Source: a virus. Taken from it: a DNA stretch of 64,000 nt. The DNA lies in the IMG/VR virus record IMGVR_UViG_3300045988_172839, positions 1-64,000 of that record. One strand, given 5' to 3'. The notes below the pieces were generated by a model. The model ran no database searches and was not told where the DNA came from. It saw only the letters and a program-made list of their open reading frames with translations. Shown here one piece after another: positions 33,910-43,320 of the stretch. The translations under genes were made by a program, and so were the position numbers. Positions within the stretch are counted from its first letter, which is position 1; each line of letters starts with the position of its first letter.

Positions 33910-36600
33910 TCACACCTCAACAGTTAAGTTTAAACCTAACTCAGCTAGTCTACTAAATGTTCTTTCTGGGTTTAAAGCCGTTTCGTTAATTTTAGCTTTT
34001 ACTAACTCTCTCAGCTCACCTCTTAGATAAAAATGTACACACAAATCATTATCAACTAGTGCTTTGTAAACTGCACTACTCATATAATCTGAATGAGAAC
34101 CACCTAAGTCTGGGTACAGATAAATAAATAATTCATCTACAAGTTGAGCATGTTTCTTAACTAAAGCTTTATTCTTAGGCAAACGCTCTACAAAAATTGC
34201 TTCACCATATTCTGTAAGTACAGAATCAAAGTTCCAAACTTCACTTGCAATATCTCTATCTTTTGCAATTTCTTCGTGAGCTTTCTTCTTGAATAAAGCT
34301 CTCATCTCATCATCTTTAACTCTTAAATCTTGGTTCTTCAAATAGGTTACATAAGACTTAGTTAATTTATTCATTAAGCTATTTACTGCCGCAACTTGCT
34401 CACCTTTAGTTGTACCAAAATCAACATCTTTAAAATCTGCAAAACGAAGAGATGCGATACCCTTAGTTAGAGATTGTACAGAAGCACCATATTTTTCAAT
34501 TTTATTATGAAGCAAATCACTTACAACCATATAACTTTTCTCAGCATCTAGAATACACTCGTCATGAAGTTGGTTAATAACCCTCTCAATCATTGAAAAA
34601 TGAGGTTCTTCAACTCTAAATGTTTGATAAACGACCCCTTTATTGTCTTTAACTAAATATGCAACGCCACCAAACTTAGTACCATCAAAGAACTGAACTG
34701 GATCAAGTAAAAAACCAAATTCTTCAAACATGTTCTCTTCCAAAATCTCATCTGAAATAGAAATACCGTTGTATAAGTCCTCTGCTTGTTTACTTGGTCT
34801 TTCAACAACTGCATGACTTAAAATACCATTACTATCTCGATCTGTTGGAATAAGGTCTTTTCCTTCAAGTTCGGATTTACCTGAACTTTCTTCAATCGTA
34901 ACTGTAAAGCCACCTGCTTTTACTTGATTTGGTGCAAGTTCTTCTTTTGCACCTTCAGTTAAGTTAGTTACTTTAGGAGACTCCTCAGTTTGTTGAATGT
35001 TAGCTACTTCTTCTCTTATGTGTGGGAACTTGGTATCAAAGTAATTTAACACCTCTTCAGTATTGTTAATCAACCATAAGTATTCAAACTTATTACCATA
35101 ATCAGCCAAACTCTCAGTAAAACTCACTCTAGGAAGTACCGTTACGCAGTAAATCTCAAAAGCACGTGCAAAGACCTCAGTTGGAGTTAAGAAGTAATTT
35201 AACATAGCTCCTTTATAGACTCCACCGTCCGACAAATTACGTTGATACCCTTTGAGGAGTGGGCGGAACTCATCAGACATAGACAAGTTTTGGTCTTTAT
35301 TGTAAGTAAAATCAATGTGATGACCATACTCGTGGAGCATAGAGTTTACGTTACGGACACTAATCGTAATACAGTCAAAAGCTGGGAAATACACACCATG
35401 AGCTTTCCGATGCTCAATTTTACGAAAACGTAACTCTGGTTTATGTTCCGAATGTGGCAAAGCTTTGTGAATTAACCCCCACTGCGCTTCAATATCAGGT
35501 AACTTCTCTAAATCAAACTGCTCATCGAACTCTACAAAACCAAATCCGTAGTCTAAGAACTTAGTTGAATCCATAGCAGCTTGAATTTTAGCTGGGATGT
35601 TGCGCTTTGTTTCAAAAGACTTAGCGTAGTCGGATTTTTGAACTCTGTCATACTCTTCCATAAGAGTAATATTAAAATCATCCAAGTACAATTCATACAA
35701 ATACTCAGCCATGACTTTCAGCATAGTTTTGTTTTTAGCAGGAGAACCCAGCAAATAGTTCCCTAAACTGCGCATAAATGCTTTATAAATCAAATTAAGT
35801 GAGTTTTGATGTACAATCTCTTTAAACTCTTTACTTTGACTGTCTTGCGGTAAGTTTGGATACCGATCTGTGTAACGAGCTTTATTCTTAGAAGCATCAT
35901 AACCTGCTTTAAATTGTTGCGAGTTAAAATCAACCCAACTTTTTAATTTAGTAGCTACAACATCTTTTGTAATCAAGTCTAAGAAGTCCAAAACTGAGGA
36001 AAGTTGTGGAGCATAGTAAATACTAAACTTGTAGTTAAAGAAGTGATTGAAACCAGTTGAACGAGTGATATAAAGCTTTTGAATAAGTGTTTTATAGTGC
36101 GAAGAACGAGACTTCGGTTCTGCATCATTGCTAATAAAGAAAATATGCTCATAATCTTCTTTTTCTTTATTGAACCAACCATACACATAAGTATAGAAAA
36201 TGCCGTTTTCACAGTCAGCGTAACCATTTATGGCAAACCTCTTCATTTGACCAATATAAGATTCACGTTCTTCTTCACTCCAAACTGTTTCGTCTGAGTT
36301 TAACTCCATAGTTGGAACTTCATTCGAAGAGTGACGATACACTACACCAATTTGACGAAGTTCTAAGTCTGGTTGTTTTCCACCAGTTTCGGTACTGAAA
36401 AAGTCTAAGTTACTCTTATCAAAATAAGCAACCAACTTTTGCAGGACATCATCCACTACAAAACTTCTATCCGTATTTGTCTTATTTAAAGCGTTAAACA
36501 AAGACTTAATAAAGCGCTCACCGTTAGTTGGGTTGTAAGTAATCGATACCCCAACACCACGTGCGAAACGCTCTCGCAGTAAATTTTTATGTAATTTCAT
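33910..36600 (-). CDS. Large multidomain protein with a zincin HExxH motif (polyvalent-protein-like)
   Basis: 896 aa. NSMLHEYGHHIDF gives an HExxH motif in the middle of the protein. The flanking regions are long and uncharacterised. Confidence 0.55.
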   Translation of the reverse strand: MKLHKNLLRERFARGVGVSITYNPTNGERFIKSLFNALNKTNTDRSFVVDDVLQKLVAYFDKSNLDFFSTETGGKQPDLELRQIGVVYRHSSNEVPTMELNSDETVWSEEERESYIGQMKRFAINGYADCENGIFYTYVYGWFNKEKEDYEHIFFISNDAEPKSRSSHYKTLIQKLYITRSTGFNHFFNYKFSIYYAPQLSSVLDFLDLITKDVVATKLKSWVDFNSQQFKAGYDASKNKARYTDRYPNLPQDSQSKEFKEIVHQNSLNLIYKAFMRSLGNYLLGSPAKNKTMLKVMAEYLYELYLDDFNITLMEEYDRVQKSDYAKSFETKRNIPAKIQAAMDSTKFLDYGFGFVEFDEQFDLEKLPDIEAQWGLIHKALPHSEHKPELRFRKIEHRKAHGVYFPAFDCITISVRNVNSMLHEYGHHIDFTYNKDQNLSMSDEFRPLLKGYQRNLSDGGVYKGAMLNYFLTPTEVFARAFEIYCVTVLPRVSFTESLADYGNKFEYLWLINNTEEVLNYFDTKFPHIREEVANIQQTEESPKVTNLTEGAKEELAPNQVKAGGFTVTIEESSGKSELEGKDLIPTDRDSNGILSHAVVERPSKQAEDLYNGISISDEILEENMFEEFGFLLDPVQFFDGTKFGGVAYLVKDNKGVVYQTFRVEEPHFSMIERVINQLHDECILDAEKSYMVVSDLLHNKIEKYGASVQSLTKGIASLRFADFKDVDFGTTKGEQVAAVNSLMNKLTKSYVTYLKNQDLRVKDDEMRALFKKKAHEEIAKDRDIASEVWNFDSVLTEYGEAIFVERLPKNKALVKKHAQLVDELFIYLYPDLGGSHSDYMSSAVYKALVDNDLCVHFYLRGELRELVKAKINETALNPERTFSRLAELGLNLTVEV

Positions 36601-36636
36601 AGTTAAGTAAAACCTTTCGATTTAATCTACTAACTA

Positions 36637-36669
36637 TCAGAAAAGGTATGTGGAAAAATCCAGCATACC
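36637..36669 (-). terminator. Intrinsic terminator after the ParB-HNH gene
   Basis: The minus strand reads GGTATG-c-TGGA-tttt-TCCA-CATACC followed by TTTTCTG. Confidence 0.6.
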
Positions 36670-36686
36670 TACCTAATCATCAAAAT

Positions 36687-38330
36687 TTATTTTGAACTCA
36701 CATCTAATGCAGTTCGTAATGCTAAGTCATTCTTAATGTCTTGTCCGGGGAATTTATGACCTAGACTTTCTTGAGCTTTCTTAGCACGTTCTTTACGAGA
36801 ATAACCTTTCTTCTCCCCTGCTTTAATCGCAATGTAAGCAAGAGACCAAGCATTTAAAATTCGTCTACGGAACTCTTCATCCATAGTGTCTAAATGCTCT
36901 TTATCTGTTGTAAGAGTTCCCATTTTCTCCATAGTATGCAACAAATGGTGGCAACCAATACACAAGGTAATCAAGTTCTTCTCATCATCTGTTCCACCTG
37001 CGTGAACTGGAACTTTATGGTGAACTACCAACTGAGACAAGAAAGCACCTTGGTTTTCAACCTTATCTTTAGAGCAACACTGACAAACCATTTTGTCTCT
37101 TGCTTTAATCTTGTTCTTAACCTCTGGAGTTAAATCATCATCTCCATCACCTTTACGGTCTTGAACAATACCCTTATCCACTGCATCTGCTTGTTCTAAA
37201 GCACTCTCTAAGGTCAAGTTATCCATAGAGTTATCTGCTAGTTCCAGAAGTTCATCAACCTCTTGAGCGCTCAGTTTGTTATTACCTGAGTTTTCACCTT
37301 CTTCAGAAGAACCATCATTTTCACTTGAACTACCCTCTTCATCAGACACAACTGCTTCCTTACCAAGCTCAGTCGAAGAGAGGATACCCTTATTGTCTTC
37401 CTCCTCAAGTACATCACGCTCTTTCCGTTGTTTTACCAACTCTTTATAAGCTTTGTCCAATGTGTACTTACCTGCAAACAACTCAGTCATAGGCTCTGGG
37501 TAAGTATCAGACTCACTGCAGACCTCTTTCAATTTCAGAACATCTCCACTCTCCAAATAAGGGTACAAACGCTCAATTTGAGAGAACTTCAAACCATATT
37601 CGTGTTCCAAGGTAGAAAGTCCGTTCCAAATCTCTTGGTAATTGTGTTGTTGTTGCTTATTCAAAATCAGACCCAGCAAAGGAACCAAACGTTGTGCTTT
37701 CTCATAATCTGCAAAATGCCACACAAAAGCTGGAATAGTTTTGTAACCATTACGAGATGCACCATAAACTCGACGGAGACCTGAAATCAAAGTGTACATT
37801 TCAATTTCTTCACCATCTACCGAAGGTAAAGCCAATACATCAATAGGGTTTAAAACTCTACCAAAATCTTCAATCGAAGCAGTCAAACCATTCTTAGTTG
37901 CAAAGCGAGCCTTTTTATCAAACTCCGTAATGACAATCGACTCAATCGGTAAATCCATACGCAACTCACGGTCGTATTTCAAGCCACTAAGAATCTTATC
38001 AATATCCTCAAATGGACTAAGTACCGAAGGAGTTTCGGATACCCCTACAATATCTACGGGTGTTTCTACTTCTAAACCTTCTAACTCAGAAAGACTCTCA
38101 GAAGCTCCTATTTGCTCCGTGTCGAGAGTTTTTTCCGAGTCGATATTTTCCCCACCTACTTCTTCTAAATCGACTGTGGGCAATTCTGAGGCCTCAGGAG
38201 ACCACTCTACAACTTCTTCTCCTACCTCTGAATAAGGTACTACTTCTTCTCCAACTAGAGCTTGTTCTTGACTAGAAGACACACCAACTTCTAAGTCGTC
38301 TAAGTCTCCCCATAAATTATCTTTATCCAC
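36687..38330 (-). CDS. ParB-like nuclease domain / HNH endonuclease fusion protein
   Basis: 547 aa with an acidic N-terminus. The ParB N-domain pattern is ...LNPIDVLAL...YTLISGLRRVYGA. The C-terminal HNH pattern is CQCCS...HHKVPVHAGGTDDEKNLITLCIGCHHLLH. Confidence 0.75.
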   Translation of the reverse strand: MDKDNLWGDLDDLEVGVSSSQEQALVGEEVVPYSEVGEEVVEWSPEASELPTVDLEEVGGENIDSEKTLDTEQIGASESLSELEGLEVETPVDIVGVSETPSVLSPFEDIDKILSGLKYDRELRMDLPIESIVITEFDKKARFATKNGLTASIEDFGRVLNPIDVLALPSVDGEEIEMYTLISGLRRVYGASRNGYKTIPAFVWHFADYEKAQRLVPLLGLILNKQQQHNYQEIWNGLSTLEHEYGLKFSQIERLYPYLESGDVLKLKEVCSESDTYPEPMTELFAGKYTLDKAYKELVKQRKERDVLEEEDNKGILSSTELGKEAVVSDEEGSSSENDGSSEEGENSGNNKLSAQEVDELLELADNSMDNLTLESALEQADAVDKGIVQDRKGDGDDDLTPEVKNKIKARDKMVCQCCSKDKVENQGAFLSQLVVHHKVPVHAGGTDDEKNLITLCIGCHHLLHTMEKMGTLTTDKEHLDTMDEEFRRRILNAWSLAYIAIKAGEKKGYSRKERAKKAQESLGHKFPGQDIKNDLALRTALDVSSK

Positions 38331-38336
38331 TTTAGC

Positions 38337-39713
38337 CTACTTTCTTAAAAACTGATCTACTGAGCGACCTTTGGAGTCACATACTGTAGTTATACCTAAC
38401 TCTGGTGACGACCAAAAGTAAATTGGACTTTCTGGTTTCAAACCTAATACTAGAATATCTAATGGACTCTCTAACGGTAACTCTAATACAGTTTGACCTG
38501 CAATTTCAATGCCTAAATCTTCACTGTTTTTACCATGCAACCCCAAATCTAACGCGCTATCTAACAACTTAGGTTTATTGTTTGCAAAATCATAGAAACC
38601 AAAATAAGCACTACCATCAACTTCAAACTGAGCTGTCACATCTAAGTACGAAACGACTGCAAAAGGTTTTAACCCTTCTAAAGTCTGTTTCCAATGAATG
38701 TACTGTAACTTCGCTTTCTGAGGGTTTACAGACCATAAAATTGGATTAACTACTACACTATCAAAACCGAACTCTTTAAATCTTTGACTGTGATGACTTG
38801 CTACACTCACTCTCAAATTTGTTGACAAAGCACTAACATCAGCGAGGTCTTCAAGCAAAGATACCCAATCTTCTACAATCGAGTTAATATTTTGGTCTGT
38901 TTCTAAGTTATAACGAATATAAGGAAGCGTGTCAAAACCTAAATCTTGTACAAACTTACACTCATCATCTCGTTTTGCAAAGTTCAGTCCAAACTCAATA
39001 TACTCAGAAGCATAAAAACGGATGGTAGAAATTAACTGAGGTGTTAAGTCCAACTTCGTATAGCTCATACTAGGAGTCAAATCCTCTTCAACAATCGAGG
39101 TATACAAATAACCGCAAATAGCACTCTTTGGAATTTGAGCTAGGTCAACTAAAGTTGTTAAACCTCTACGCTCTAAATAAGGAAGAACCAAGCGTGTACA
39201 GTCCACACCTTCTCTACCCTCTTCCAAAGAAATCGCACGTTGAAAGAGTCCATGCTCATATACTAAAGAGACTTTGTTGTTACTTAAAAAGACCTCTACA
39301 TAAAGCTCTACATTGTCTTTAGCTGCTAACTCTAACAAGCTCACATAATCATCATAGAAAGGTTCTGCCTTGGTTAGATACGGAAGTTGAGCCATCTTTT
39401 GACTCTCTTCAACCAAATAAGTATCACCCTTTGGCAAGCGAGCTTTCAACATATCTTGGTATTGTAAATAGTCTCTACCTAGAGGTGTATCTTCTGCTCT
39501 CAATAATAATTGTTCTCTTAAAGACTGTAACTCCTTTTCGAGCAAATAGTAAGATACCACTCTATGTTGGCTGTAAGTTCCATTAGCTAACTCTTTATCT
39601 AAAGTGTTGACTAACTCTTCTCGTTTATTTAATAACTCCTTTAATCGTGTACCAATTTCAACTGCACTTGGCACAATCCCTAAAAACGGAGACACTTCAA
39701 GCTTTGTTTGCAA
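38337..39713 (-). CDS. LigA adenylation/OB-like protein apparently lacking the KxDG lysine (tentative)
   Basis: 458 aa. LYVEVFLSNNKVSLVYEHGLFQRAISLEEGREGVDCT aligns by eye with E. coli LigA [35 protein letters not shown]. The Lys, TRGDG and GED positions are substituted. TTG start. Confidence 0.35.
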   Translation of the reverse strand: MQTKLEVSPFLGIVPSAVEIGTRLKELLNKREELVNTLDKELANGTYSQHRVVSYYLLEKELQSLREQLLLRAEDTPLGRDYLQYQDMLKARLPKGDTYLVEESQKMAQLPYLTKAEPFYDDYVSLLELAAKDNVELYVEVFLSNNKVSLVYEHGLFQRAISLEEGREGVDCTRLVLPYLERRGLTTLVDLAQIPKSAICGYLYTSIVEEDLTPSMSYTKLDLTPQLISTIRFYASEYIEFGLNFAKRDDECKFVQDLGFDTLPYIRYNLETDQNINSIVEDWVSLLEDLADVSALSTNLRVSVASHHSQRFKEFGFDSVVVNPILWSVNPQKAKLQYIHWKQTLEGLKPFAVVSYLDVTAQFEVDGSAYFGFYDFANNKPKLLDSALDLGLHGKNSEDLGIEIAGQTVLELPLESPLDILVLGLKPESPIYFWSSPELGITTVCDSKGRSVDQFLRK

Positions 39714-39827
39714 AGAAAGGTCAACCTCGCTTTCATTTACTTTTTGTTAGTTTATCATTTTTCCTACCGATTTGCAATAACTAAAGCAAACTTAGAAAAA
39801 GAAAAATAGCAAGCTCTTGCCAGCTTA

Positions 39828-40409
39828 CTATTTAATCACCAAATAACAAAATACCATTGAAGCAATACCGAGTGCTATGACTGCCATGATACCGAAAAGT
39901 CGGAACAAACGTAATAAGTTGATATTCATCTTAGCTAATGCACTGGTTTGGTAAACTTCTCGACCGTTCTTACGAATAGAACTTGCAGCAGACAAGAAGA
40001 CCAAAGCCGTACAAGCCATTAAAATCATTTCAATGACTGAGACTGTCAAAGCATAGAAATTAGTAATTCTTGAAACTGTTGTAATCAAGGTAATCTCGCC
40101 ACTGATGTAATTATTCGAAATATTATAACCTAATGTATAACCTGCGGTTAATAAAATCATACCGACTAGGAAATACAAGAAAGGTGCTGTTGAAATTGTT
40201 TTGACTTTAAACTCTTTCGTACTCTTGAATAGAGCTTGCTTCATCAAAGATAAACGACCACTTAACGTACCGTCTACCAAAGACTCATATACATAAAAAA
40301 CAAGCCAAAACATAACTGAAACAAGGAAAATACGAACAAGCCAACCACCAGATACCCCAATGAGTTGTCTGAAAACTTCTCCTCTAATACTGGACACATG
40401 TTGTTCCAT
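39828..40409 (-). CDS. Hypothetical multi-pass membrane protein
   Basis: 193 aa with 4-5 TM segments. Confidence 0.55.
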   Translation of the reverse strand: MEQHVSSIRGEVFRQLIGVSGGWLVRIFLVSVMFWLVFYVYESLVDGTLSGRLSLMKQALFKSTKEFKVKTISTAPFLYFLVGMILLTAGYTLGYNISNNYISGEITLITTVSRITNFYALTVSVIEMILMACTALVFLSAASSIRKNGREVYQTSALAKMNINLLRLFRLFGIMAVIALGIASMVFCYLVIK

Positions 40410-40427
40410 ATAAAAACCTACTTCTTT

Positions 40428-40772
40428 CTAAAATTCTGTTGATTCAAGGTTCAAACCGTGAATCAAGGCTTGACCTGTTTGTGTGGGTTGATATTCCAAA
40501 ACATAGTGAATATCTTCTACCTTACCATACAAAGAACCACACAAATGACACATAGCACAAGACACCGTTACTTGTGCTTCACTTTGACCATTCGACACTT
40601 GAACCGTTTGGACTTCAGAATTTAAGTAATGAAGTCCGTCTTTATCAAAGTGTTTAATGGTTTGAGGAAACACCTCATCTTCTGGGAACTTTGTTAATCT
40701 GTTTTCATAGCCTTCCCCAAACAAATAGAGAAAGACTTGTCTTATCAATTCTGTCTTAGAACCAAGTGCCAT
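40428..40772 (-). CDS. Hypothetical protein
   Basis: 114-aa ORF in the co-directional array. Confidence 0.5.
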   Translation of the reverse strand: MALGSKTELIRQVFLYLFGEGYENRLTKFPEDEVFPQTIKHFDKDGLHYLNSEVQTVQVSNGQSEAQVTVSCAMCHLCGSLYGKVEDIHYVLEYQPTQTGQALIHGLNLESTEF

Positions 40773-40830
40773 GTAGACCTACTTTCTAGCAAAAATGCTT
40801 TGTATTCTAATGACCTAAACTGCTTTTATT

Positions 40831-41763
40831 TTAAACTGTAACTAAAGCTACATTGACCACAATGTAATACATATCAGATTCTTCAAAAACCTCTGCTTTT
40901 ACTCCAAATCGACCAAGGTGGGGAGTTTCTAAAATGTAGGACTTAGACTCAATCTCTTCTTTCCCACAAGTATCAACCCATGTGTGGATTTGATTTTTGG
41001 GGATACCGCTGACATGTTCTACTGGGAATTTAGCATATTTCTCAGCCTTAGATTTATCTGTATAAACTTTAACTGAGGTTTTTCGACTTAACACTTGAGG
41101 TTTTTCATCTAAACCATAAGTCTTCACACAATGAATTGCTAAACCAACTGCATCCAGTTGGTCTTGGTAGCCACTCTTTAGATAAACTTCAAAGGAATCG
41201 TATTCTCGCCATTTGTTCGCCCAAGGATGTGCTAACTCTTGCAAGCACAAAAGAATTTCTTCTTTTTCTGCATTGTCTTTTGACCAAACTGCTTTCTTTA
41301 ACGGTGCTACACCAGTTTCAGAACGCAAAGTAGCTTTCCACGTTTTGTTGGATACCCTAAAGAACCGTTTGGCTTTTAAGACACCTTCTGCTAACAAGTA
41401 GTCAAGTGTAAAGTTCAGTGCGTAAGCTACAGAAGAGGTCTTCGCATTGTTTCCAAGCAATGCTTCTTCCACACACAACATATCAAGCTCCACTTCTCCC
41501 TTTAAAACTTTCATAAGCAAGAAATCTTTCAACTCTTGCATTCGAAGACCTACGGAGTAAGGACTATCTAAATCCTTAATAGAACTCTTCAAGTTAAAGG
41601 TTTCTAAAGTTTGTCCGTTCCAATAGGCGATACCAGTGGAGGTTTTAGACAAGTCTAAAGCCAAAACACTGTTTAAACCAAAGCGCTCAGAACCTTCTTT
41701 GAAGTAGTCTAAGTAAGTAAAACAAGGAGAACCCCCAAAATCTTCCATATCAAATGTGAACAT
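40831..41763 (-). CDS. RuvC/RNase H-fold protein (putative Holliday-junction resolvase-like)
   Basis: 310 aa. VLALDLSKTSTGIAYW (first Asp), CVEEALLG (Glu) and DQLDAVGLAIH (C-terminal acidic pair) fit the RuvC-like motif order. Confidence 0.5.
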   Translation of the reverse strand: MFTFDMEDFGGSPCFTYLDYFKEGSERFGLNSVLALDLSKTSTGIAYWNGQTLETFNLKSSIKDLDSPYSVGLRMQELKDFLLMKVLKGEVELDMLCVEEALLGNNAKTSSVAYALNFTLDYLLAEGVLKAKRFFRVSNKTWKATLRSETGVAPLKKAVWSKDNAEKEEILLCLQELAHPWANKWREYDSFEVYLKSGYQDQLDAVGLAIHCVKTYGLDEKPQVLSRKTSVKVYTDKSKAEKYAKFPVEHVSGIPKNQIHTWVDTCGKEEIESKSYILETPHLGRFGVKAEVFEESDMYYIVVNVALVTV

Positions 41764-42389
41764 TAAGCAGAACTCCCTTCTGTACTTTTCTTAGACGACT
41801 TCACTTCAAGAACTTTATTAGTTATCAAGGTCAACTGTTCTTTCAAACCTTGTAAAGATAGAGAACCTTGGTTAAACTTCTCTTTCAAAGTCTCCACATT
41901 TTCTCTATGAATAGAGACTGTGTAAGGGGGAGCTTTTGAAAAGTCAAACTTAGACTTCTCTTCTTGAACCTCTACAATCGTATCAGTCAATTCAATACCG
42001 TAAAGTTTAGCTAAACTTTGCAAGTAGCCAAAACTATTAGGATAACGTTCTCCTAAGTATTGTTCTGCAAAGAGCTTATGAAATCCAATGATTGTACCTT
42101 TTACCCCACAACCAAAGCAGTTGAAAACCTCAATGCCAGTTTCACCGTCTTTGACGATACCGAGTGAGGGTTTTAAATCCTCATGGAAAGGGCAAACAAC
42201 ACGACTGTTCCCTGCACTAAACCTATAATCTGAATAGCGAGGTTGGTGTCTACAAACCACAACGTCCCAGTAGTTTGAAATGGTTACATCAAAGTGTCCA
42301 ATAAAGTTTTTGTGGTAAAGCAACTGTTCTTCCAACTGACGATAAGAGGCTTTAACTGTCCTTCTCTTAACTCTTGAAGTACCAATCAT
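41763..42389 (-). CDS. DnaG-type CHC2 zinc-finger protein (primase zinc-binding domain only)
   Basis: 208 aa. CPFHEDLKPSLGIV...FNCFGCGVKGT gives a CHC2 finger. I recognised no TOPRIM or RNA-polymerase domain motifs in the remaining ~110 aa. Confidence 0.6.
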   Translation of the reverse strand: MIGTSRVKRRTVKASYRQLEEQLLYHKNFIGHFDVTISNYWDVVVCRHQPRYSDYRFSAGNSRVVCPFHEDLKPSLGIVKDGETGIEVFNCFGCGVKGTIIGFHKLFAEQYLGERYPNSFGYLQSLAKLYGIELTDTIVEVQEEKSKFDFSKAPPYTVSIHRENVETLKEKFNQGSLSLQGLKEQLTLITNKVLEVKSSKKSTEGSSA

Positions 42390-42658
42390 TCCAAATCACC
42401 CACAATCGTACAATGTAAGGTAAGCGCTGACTGCAACTTATCCGTAATTAAATCAATGTTCCGTTTAGACAAATGACTAGGCGCACCACTTACATACTGT
42501 ATAAAGCCACCTGCAACTAAAAATAACATAGAATCACCGACATAAAGCATAGTGGATTCAGAACCTTCCAAGTAAGTAATCTTATGTGAACCTACATAAG
42601 AGTCTAATATATCCAACAAATAGGGTTGGTTCAATTTTGAAAAATCATACTGCATCAA
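42386..42658 (-). CDS. Hypothetical protein
   Basis: 90-aa ORF with 4-nt overlaps on both sides. Confidence 0.5.
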   Translation of the reverse strand: MMQYDFSKLNQPYLLDILDSYVGSHKITYLEGSESTMLYVGDSMLFLVAGGFIQYVSGAPSHLSKRNIDLITDKLQSALTLHCTIVGDLE

Positions 42659-43320
42659 TCATGCACCGACTTTCTTTTTGGAAAAACACCTCGAATAAAG
42701 ACTGCTGAGACAAGCTCGTCAACTCGGATACCCTTGAGTGGTGTGTCAAAATATCCTTTAGGTTCTTTAAATTTATGGTGTTCTTGACCATCCCAAAATC
42801 CATAGGGTCGAAGTTGGATACTTTCTAGCAACTTAAACAACTCAGTTAAAGACAAGTGGAAAATTGGAACTAATCGATTATCTAAGCGCAAATGTTGTTC
42901 ATCTACCAAACTTGCTACTGCAAAAGGCTTTAAGTCATTCTGCTCTCCAATTAAACTTGGTAAGTAATTCAGGAATCGAACTACCTCTGCCAAGTATAAG
43001 TCTTTCAATTCTTTGATTGTGACGAGTGCTTGCGCATCCCGATACCCTAACTGCTTTGTATAGTGTTGTAGCAAGTGTTCTTGTACCACTAAATCTACAA
43101 CCTCAATGTAAACCAAAGGAGTTCCTTCAATGTCAGCAACCCAAAGCCAATCGTAAGCTAAACCTAAATCAACAACGGATCGAGCTTCACTACTATCTAG
43201 TTCCTCTTTATACAGAATAGTGTACTTGTTAGTAAACTCCAAGACACCTTCCATAAAGAGGTCGTAGAAATCTTCTACAAATTGGTCTAATATTTCTTTT
43301 GTAAACTGTTTACTAGCCAT
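42655..43320 (-). CDS. Hypothetical protein
   Basis: 221-aa ORF that overlaps its neighbours. Confidence 0.55.
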   Translation of the reverse strand: MASKQFTKEILDQFVEDFYDLFMEGVLEFTNKYTILYKEELDSSEARSVVDLGLAYDWLWVADIEGTPLVYIEVVDLVVQEHLLQHYTKQLGYRDAQALVTIKELKDLYLAEVVRFLNYLPSLIGEQNDLKPFAVASLVDEQHLRLDNRLVPIFHLSLTELFKLLESIQLRPYGFWDGQEHHKFKEPKGYFDTPLKGIRVDELVSAVFIRGVFPKRKSVHD

